DNA of 41,172 bases from an uncultured Bacilli bacterium (GTDB taxonomy: Bacteria > Bacillota_I > Bacilli_A > RF39 > UBA660), in the NCBI GenBank assembly GCA_944332155.1, contig CALVJM010000001.1, positions 1 through 41,172 on the forward strand, read 5' to 3'. This document shows, one piece after another, positions 35,717-41,172 of the stretch. The notes under the pieces were generated by a model, which was not told the origin of the DNA, made no database searches, and saw only the letters and a program-made list of their open reading frames with translations. Numbering within the stretch: the stretch's first letter is position 1; each line of letters begins with the position of its first letter. Made by a program: the position numbers and the translations under genes.

Positions 35717-35733
35717 ACTCATCACCCTTCAGG

Positions 35734-37113
35734 TTAAAATTCTAATTTTTTTTCAATATAAGATACTACTTCATCTAATGGCAAAGTAATTTGTTCCATT
35801 GTATCACGATCACGAATTGTTACCGTTCCATCATTCACGGTTTGATCATCTACTGTAACAACAAAAGGAGTCCCAATTACATCTTGACGACGATAACGTT
35901 TTCCAATATTTCCACTTTCATCAAAACTAGTCATAAAATGTTTACTTAACATTTTATATACTTCTATAGCTTTTTCACTGTGATATTTTTTCACCAAAGG
36001 CAATACGGCTACTTTGTATGGTGCAAGAAATGGGTGAAAATGCATAACTTCACGAGTTGTACCATCATTTAAAGTTTCTTCTTCATAAGCATCTGCTAAA
36101 AAGGCTAAAACAACACGATCGGCACCTAATGATGGTTCAATAACATAAGGAATATATTTTTCATTAGTTTCAGGATCTAAATAATCCATACTAACTCCAG
36201 ATGTTTCTTGATGTTTGGTTAAATCATAATTGGTACGACTAGCAATTCCCCATAATTCTCCCCATCCAAATGGAAACTGATATTCAAAATCAGTAGTCGC
36301 ATTACTATAGAACGTTAATTCATCTTTCTTATGATCACGAAGACGAAGATTTTCATCTTTCATATGTAAAGATAATAACCAATTTTTACAATATTCTTTC
36401 CAGTAATTAAACCATTCTAATTCATCACCTGGTTTACAAAAGAATTCCAACTCCATTTGTTCAAATTCACGAGTACGGAAAGTGAAATTTCCTGGCGTAA
36501 TTTCATTACGGAAACTTTTTCCAATTTGACCAATACCAAAAGGTACTTTTAAACGCATACTACGTTGAACATTTAAGAAATTAGTAAATATTCCTTGTGC
36601 CGTTTCTGGTCGTAAATAAATAGTACTTTTAGCATCTTCTGTAACACCTTGAAATGTTTTAAACATTAAATTAAACTGACGAATATCAGTATAATCCATA
36701 GAACCACAGTTTGGACAAGTAATATGATGTTCCTTAATAAAGTCAAGTAAACGTTCATTACTCCATCCATCTCCCGTTTCTTTGCCCTCAGTAAATTCTT
36801 CAATTAGTTTATCTGCACGATGTCTTGTTTTACAATGCTTACAATCAATTAAAGGATCACTAAATGTTTTTAAATGACCACTTGCTTCCCATGTTTTAGG
36901 ATTCATTAAAATCGCACTATCCATCCCTACATTATATGGACATTCTTCAATAAACTTTTTCCACCAGGCACGCTTTACATTATTCTTAAGTTCTACTCCT
37001 AATGGACCATAATCCCAAGTATTGGCCAGTCCACCATAAATTTCACTTCCTTGAAAAATAAATCCATATTGTTTACACATATTAACTAATTTTTCCATTG
37101 TTAACTTTTCCAT
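35734..37113 (-). CDS. glyQS: Glycine--tRNA ligase (single-chain, alpha2 type)
   Basis: RBS AGGAGGAAAATAT before ATG 37113. [34 protein letters not shown] is the canonical GlyQS N-terminus; 459 aa. Confidence 0.97.
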   Translation of the reverse strand: MEKLTMEKLVNMCKQYGFIFQGSEIYGGLANTWDYGPLGVELKNNVKRAWWKKFIEECPYNVGMDSAILMNPKTWEASGHLKTFSDPLIDCKHCKTRHRADKLIEEFTEGKETGDGWSNERLLDFIKEHHITCPNCGSMDYTDIRQFNLMFKTFQGVTEDAKSTIYLRPETAQGIFTNFLNVQRSMRLKVPFGIGQIGKSFRNEITPGNFTFRTREFEQMELEFFCKPGDELEWFNYWKEYCKNWLLSLHMKDENLRLRDHKKDELTFYSNATTDFEYQFPFGWGELWGIASRTNYDLTKHQETSGVSMDYLDPETNEKYIPYVIEPSLGADRVVLAFLADAYEEETLNDGTTREVMHFHPFLAPYKVAVLPLVKKYHSEKAIEVYKMLSKHFMTSFDESGNIGKRYRRQDVIGTPFVVTVDDQTVNDGTVTIRDRDTMEQITLPLDEVVSYIEKKLEF

Positions 37114-37124
37114 ATATTTTCCTC

Positions 37125-37255
37125 CTATAAATAAAAAATCTCCTAAGTTATAAGGGTCCAATTAGGACGGTTCCACCTTACTTATTCTTAGGAGAATCAC
37201 TTTTAACATATTCCTCGGGGTTTCCAATCCGTCATCAGATTTATTTATTCATGAT
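37125..37255 (-). promoter_or_regulatory. Compact T-box-like leader with terminator upstream of glyQS
   Basis: Minus strand AAGUAAGGUGGAACCGUCC (37165-79 plus flanks), with UGGA (37172-75) matching a UCCA tRNA-Gly end. There is an A2-like hairpin GUCC-UAAUU-GGAC. The terminator arms are UCUCCUAAG (37187-95) and CUUAGGAGA (37139-47), followed by UUUUUU (37133-38). GGA in CGAGGAAU (37212-14) is a candidate specifier. Confidence 0.6.
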
Positions 37256-37261
37256 ATTATC

Positions 37262-37290
37262 ATTTTATGATAAACTATGAAGAAAGTCAA
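37262..37290 (-). promoter_or_regulatory. SigA-type promoter for glyQS leader
   Basis: TTGACT (37285-90), 17 nt spacer, TAAAAT (37262-67). Confidence 0.55.
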
Positions 37291-37308
37291 TCCTGTTTAC
37301 TTTTTTCT

Positions 37309-38040
37309 TTAAACAATCTTATTTAAATCTTTTAAGAATTGCTTACTTTTTAAATAAAGACCAGTATAATCTTCATAATATTCATCTAAAAATTTATCAA
37401 TTCCATTTTTCACACTAGAACTAATATCTAATTTAGAAATTTTTGATATATCAACATAATAAAACATTCGAATCAACTTTACAATTCTCTCATCCACAAC
37501 CGTTTCATCCTGTCGACAATGATTACATATATATCCACCACGACGAGCAGATATAGTAGATATAGAATCAGTTCGTCCACAAATCGCACAACAATCAATA
37601 ACTGGCATTACTCCTAAATAATCTAAATATTTAAGTTCTAGAATATTAGTAATAACCGCCGGATCAAAACCATCATCTATTTTTTTTAAACCAGCAATTA
37701 ATAAATCATAAATTTCACTATTTCCATTTTGTTTCATGACTTGCTCAGCTAAGTCGACTAAAAAAGATGCATAACTAATACAAACAATATCGGTTTTTAT
37801 TTTTTTAAAAATATTGATAACATCAGCTTCAATAAGGGTAGATAACTTCCCTTCTTTATATAAAATTTGAAACTTTCCATAAGTAAGTTTACCAGTAGTA
37901 CTACGTAAAGGGCTTTTTAATCTTTTAGCTCCCTTCGCAATACAAGTAATAAGACCATGAGTAGAAGTCATAATACCAACAATCTTACTCGTATCTTTAT
38001 AATCCCGTTCACTGACAATAATTCCTTCTACTTCTATCAT
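37309..38040 (-). CDS. recO: DNA repair protein RecO
   Basis: 243 aa with an N-terminal OB-fold segment (EGIIVSERDYKDTSKIV) and the zinc motif CAICG...CNHC. recO-glyQS synteny as in Bacillus. Confidence 0.9.
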   Translation of the reverse strand: MIEVEGIIVSERDYKDTSKIVGIMTSTHGLITCIAKGAKRLKSPLRSTTGKLTYGKFQILYKEGKLSTLIEADVINIFKKIKTDIVCISYASFLVDLAEQVMKQNGNSEIYDLLIAGLKKIDDGFDPAVITNILELKYLDYLGVMPVIDCCAICGRTDSISTISARRGGYICNHCRQDETVVDERIVKLIRMFYYVDISKISKLDISSSVKNGIDKFLDEYYEDYTGLYLKSKQFLKDLNKIV

Positions 38041-38144
38041 TATTCCATCTCCCTTGTCATTATATCAAAATTAAAAAGCGGATTCAAATAACAGATATGA
38101 TAAATTCGCTTGCTTTAACATTAAAAAATTAAAGAAATAAGCAA

Positions 38145-38172
38145 TGAAAAAACAGAATTGATATGTTCTGTT
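38145..38172 (-). terminator. Terminator after parC
   Basis: aacagaa (38151-57) / ttctgtt (38166-72) with an 8-nt loop, followed on the minus strand by UUUUUC. Confidence 0.5.
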
Positions 38173-40703
38173 TAATCATCATCACTATTTTCGATATTTT
38201 TTAAAAAATCATCAATTGTTAAAATACGTTCGTCAACTTCTTTTAATGATACATCTTCTTTAGTGACTTTCACCACTTCTTCTTCAAATGTTTCTTTTGT
38301 AATTACATCAGGAATTAAATAAATGTCACTAATATGTGATTTAGTAATAGAGCTTCCTGTTGAATAGCGATCCATAATTGGAAATTCTGTAATTTTATGT
38401 TCAACAATATCAGGACCAATCTTAATCCCCAGCACACACTTAGTTGAGATAATAAAAGTCGATAAAATATAATATGGATTTGTTTTTACATCACGAACAA
38501 TTTGAACTCCACGACGAGCACGAGTAGTTTTATCAAATTCTGTCATTTTAATACGTTTTGCGGTATTTTTAGAAGTAATAACTGTTAGATATTCAGCATT
38601 TCCATTAAATAAACATCCACTTACTACCTCATCATCTTTTAACGCAATTGCTTTTACACCAGCACTCTTTGTACTTGTAACAGGTACTTCAAAAATATCA
38701 TACCATAATCCAAAGCCACAACGTGTTGCGATAAAAACCTCATTATAGTTAGAATCAGTAACTTGTAATAGTGTGTCTCCTTCTTTCAATTTGATAGCCA
38801 TTAATGGTTTAGAATAGCGTTGAACTTTAAAATCACCAATACGTGTACGCTTAATCATTCCATTTTGTGTAAACATAGTAATATAACGCTCTTCTTCAAA
38901 ATCAAAGACAGGAATACTTACGATTACATTTTCACTTACACTTAATTTAATTACATTACTAACATGTTTTCCTAAATCTTTCCATTTAATCTCTGGAAGT
39001 TCATAAACTGGAATATACAAATAATTACCTTTATCTGTAAATAATAATAAAGTATCCATCGTATTCATTTGATATTTTGCAGTAACATAATCCCCTTCTT
39101 TTACTGTTGGTTCCTCATTACTAACCGCACTATAACTACGCATACTAGTACGTTTTACATATCCATCATGAGTTACAACAACCATAACATCTTCTTTTGG
39201 AATCATACTAGTTGTATCAATTTTAATTTCCGTAATTTCATCTTTAATTTCCGTTTTACGTTCTTGAGCATACTCTTTTTTTACATTACGTAATTCATTC
39301 TTCATAACTAATTTCAATTCGTTTTCATCACCTAAAATCTTACGTAATTGTTTGATCAACTCTTCTAAAGATTGTTGTTCATTCATTAACTCTGTGACAT
39401 CAGTATTAGTTAATTTATATAATTGTAATACAACAATAGCTTCAGCTTGTTCAATAGTAAATTCATATTCTTTAACTAAATTATTTTTAGCATCTGCTTT
39501 ATTTTTACTCGCACGAATAGTTTTAATTACATCATCTAAAATGGAAAGAGCTTTTATAAGTCCTTCAATAATGTGCATACGTTTTAAAGCATGTTCCAAA
39601 TCAAATTCAGTACGCTTAATAATTACATTACGCTCGTGCTCAATATACGCATCTAATATAGGTAAAATACCTACAGTCATTGGACGTTTATTAATAATTG
39701 CGACCATATTATAATTATATGATACTTGTAAATCCGTATTTTTATATAAATAATTTAAAATTAACTCTGCATCTGCATCTTTCTTTAAATCAATTACAAT
39801 TGATACTGGATTCTCACGATCGGATTCATCACGTACTTCTGTTATACCATCAATCTTTTTATCTAAGCGAATCTCATCAATCTTTTTTACTAAATTTTGT
39901 TTTACAACCTCAAATGGAATTTCATGAACAATAATTTGTGATTTTCCACGATTTTTCACAATTTCTACTTTTGAACGAACTACTACTTTTCCTCGTCCCT
40001 TTGTAAAAGCATCAATAATACCTTGTTTTCCTTCTACAATTCCTCCTGTTGAAAAATCTGGACCTTTTAATATTTCTAAAAGCGTATCTAAACGACAATT
40101 AGGACTATCAATTCGTTTAATTGTAGCATCAATAACCTCTCCTAAATTATGAGGTGGAATATTAGTCGCATATCCGGCACTAATACCAGTAGAGCCATTA
40201 ACTAAAAGATTAGGAAATTTAACAGGTAATACCGTAGGTTCTAGCTCTGTATCATCAAAATTCCAAGTCCATTCAATCGTATTTTTATCAATGTCACTAA
40301 AGAACTCATTACTTATTTTAGCAAGTCGAGCTTCTGTATAACGCATTGCCGCCGCACTATCTCCATCCATAGAACCATTATTACCATGCATATCAATATA
40401 AGGCATTCCTTGTTTCCACCATTGACTCATACGAACCATTGCCTCATAAATAGATGTATCACCATGAGGATGATAGTTACCAATTACATTACCAACCGTC
40501 TTTGCACTTTTACGATATGGTTTATTATATGTGTTTCCATCTTTATACATCGCATACAAAATACGACGTTGTACTGGCTTTAATCCATCACGTACATCTG
40601 GAAGAGCACGGTCTTGAATAATTGCTTTCGAATAGCGACCAAATCGATCTCCCATTATTTCTTCTAAAGAATATTCATAAATTCTTTTTAATACTTCGTT
40701 CAT
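38172..40703 (-). CDS. parC: DNA topoisomerase IV subunit A
   Basis: [45 protein letters not shown] and [10 protein letters not shown] (catalytic Tyr). The N-terminal layout is of Gram-positive ParC type rather than GyrA; 843 aa. Confidence 0.9.
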   Translation of the reverse strand: MNEVLKRIYEYSLEEIMGDRFGRYSKAIIQDRALPDVRDGLKPVQRRILYAMYKDGNTYNKPYRKSAKTVGNVIGNYHPHGDTSIYEAMVRMSQWWKQGMPYIDMHGNNGSMDGDSAAAMRYTEARLAKISNEFFSDIDKNTIEWTWNFDDTELEPTVLPVKFPNLLVNGSTGISAGYATNIPPHNLGEVIDATIKRIDSPNCRLDTLLEILKGPDFSTGGIVEGKQGIIDAFTKGRGKVVVRSKVEIVKNRGKSQIIVHEIPFEVVKQNLVKKIDEIRLDKKIDGITEVRDESDRENPVSIVIDLKKDADAELILNYLYKNTDLQVSYNYNMVAIINKRPMTVGILPILDAYIEHERNVIIKRTEFDLEHALKRMHIIEGLIKALSILDDVIKTIRASKNKADAKNNLVKEYEFTIEQAEAIVVLQLYKLTNTDVTELMNEQQSLEELIKQLRKILGDENELKLVMKNELRNVKKEYAQERKTEIKDEITEIKIDTTSMIPKEDVMVVVTHDGYVKRTSMRSYSAVSNEEPTVKEGDYVTAKYQMNTMDTLLLFTDKGNYLYIPVYELPEIKWKDLGKHVSNVIKLSVSENVIVSIPVFDFEEERYITMFTQNGMIKRTRIGDFKVQRYSKPLMAIKLKEGDTLLQVTDSNYNEVFIATRCGFGLWYDIFEVPVTSTKSAGVKAIALKDDEVVSGCLFNGNAEYLTVITSKNTAKRIKMTEFDKTTRARRGVQIVRDVKTNPYYILSTFIISTKCVLGIKIGPDIVEHKITEFPIMDRYSTGSSITKSHISDIYLIPDVITKETFEEEVVKVTKEDVSLKEVDERILTIDDFLKNIENSDDD

Positions 40704-41001
40704 ACTCTCACCTTTTCCATTTTAACATAAAAAGCCTTATTTTTCAAAGAAAATTTACAATAAAAAAAGACACGAATTAAATATTATCTATATCTGATAA
40801 ATTATAACTAGATATTTTTTTAAAGCAAAAATGACTAAGATACACACTCAGTCACTTTCCTCTTTACAGCAGATATATACAACCAAATTTGCTGATATTA
40901 AATTATAAAAATACATAAAGATCTGTTTGCAAATAAAGTATAGAATACTAAATAAGATATTGCAAATTTTTTATGATTTTTTAAAGGTTAATCCTAATAT
41001 C

Positions 41002-41051
41002 AAAAAAACAAGAAAGTTATTCACAATTGGACGAATATTTTCTTGTTTTTT
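41002..41051. terminator. A-tract / long hairpin / T-tract element (1 of 3 in tandem)
   Basis: aaaaaaacaagaaa (41002-15) / tttcttgttttttt (41038-51), with inner attc/gaat pairing. Confidence 0.4.
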
Positions 41052-41076
41052 TCTTTATTTTCTCTACTATTATTCA

Positions 41077-41122
41077 AAACTGTCCACTAATCAGAAATCA
41101 CATCTTATAACCGGACAGTTTT
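41077..41122. terminator. A-tract / hairpin / T-tract element (2 of 3)
   Basis: aaaactgtcc (41077-86) / ggacagtttt (41113-22) with a 26-nt loop. Confidence 0.35.
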
Positions 41123-41134
41123 TGAAATAATATA

Positions 41135-41165
41135 AAAATGACCCAGAGGTTATTCAAGTCATTTT
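41135..41165. terminator. A-tract / hairpin / T-tract element (3 of 3)
   Basis: aaaatgac (41135-42) / gtcatttt (41158-65) with a 15-nt loop. It probably terminates a gene beyond the window end. Confidence 0.4.
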
Positions 41166-41172
41166 GTCTTTT

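Noticed and set aside
787-37161. Longer N-terminal extensions offered by the ORF track (starts at 787, 6964, 7601, 8231, 16154, 17186, 19846, 20144, 35725 and 37161)
   Set aside because: In each case a downstream in-frame ATG or GTG is preceded by a good Shine-Dalgarno sequence at 5-10 nt. The extension runs through promoter, terminator or leader sequence, or adds residues foreign to the family N-terminus.
39069-40583. Plus-strand ORFs 39069..39293, 39352..39714, 39698..39934 and 40386..40583
   Set aside because: They are antisense shadows inside parC.
40927-41130. Plus-strand ORF of 67 aa upstream of parC
   Set aside because: It spans two terminator-like hairpins, has a low-complexity Phe/Tyr/Leu-rich translation, and has no RBS.
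1-41172. Looked for CRISPR arrays, rRNA/tRNA genes, IS elements with terminal inverted repeats, integrases, prophage or toxin-antitoxin pairs
   Set aside because: I saw no regularly spaced direct repeats, no GC-rich structured RNA genes, no integrase or transposase other than the Rpn-like gene, and no obvious compositional island. The absence is judged by eye only.

Overview
AT-rich (about 30% GC by eye) chromosomal segment from a low-GC, endospore-forming Bacillota. Gene content and order look Erysipelotrichia/Clostridia-like, but the species cannot be assigned without a database search. I support about 36 protein genes, nearly all on the minus strand. Most are core housekeeping: pheS-pheT behind a Phe T-box, rpmF-yceD, tmcAL, uvrA, a spoIIAA-sigF plus spoVAC-D-E sporulation block, glyQS behind a compact T-box-like leader, recO, yqeG-yqeH and parC. 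I saw no rRNA or tRNA genes, CRISPR arrays, IS elements or prophage. Many units end in clear rho-independent hairpins, and several promoters share an extended -10 (TGATATAAT). I did not find an obvious multi-gene novel system. The most unusual items are: (1) two paralogous unknown ORFs between the Phe T-box leader and pheST, the first cut by an in-frame TAA whose downstream frame still resembles the paralog; (2) a spoIIAA-sigF module with no spoIIAB, where the SpoIIAA phospho-serine position is Asn; (3) a 709-aa modular prepilin-type protein with repeated beta-sandwich modules and a Cys-rich C-terminus, in a two-gene operon, plus an orphan pair of small pilins, with no pilus assembly genes in the window; (4) a HerA/FtsK-type ATPase with no nuclease, SIR2 or DUF4297 partner, after yqeG-yqeH; (5) a 241-aa minimal kinase-fold protein between glyQS and yqeG; (6) a very short T-box-like glyQS leader; (7) a GatD-like protein that appears to lack both catalytic residues; (8) a fused YtqA/YtqB (MnmL-MnmM type) protein. 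All family calls come from motif recognition and remembered reference sequences, not from searches.
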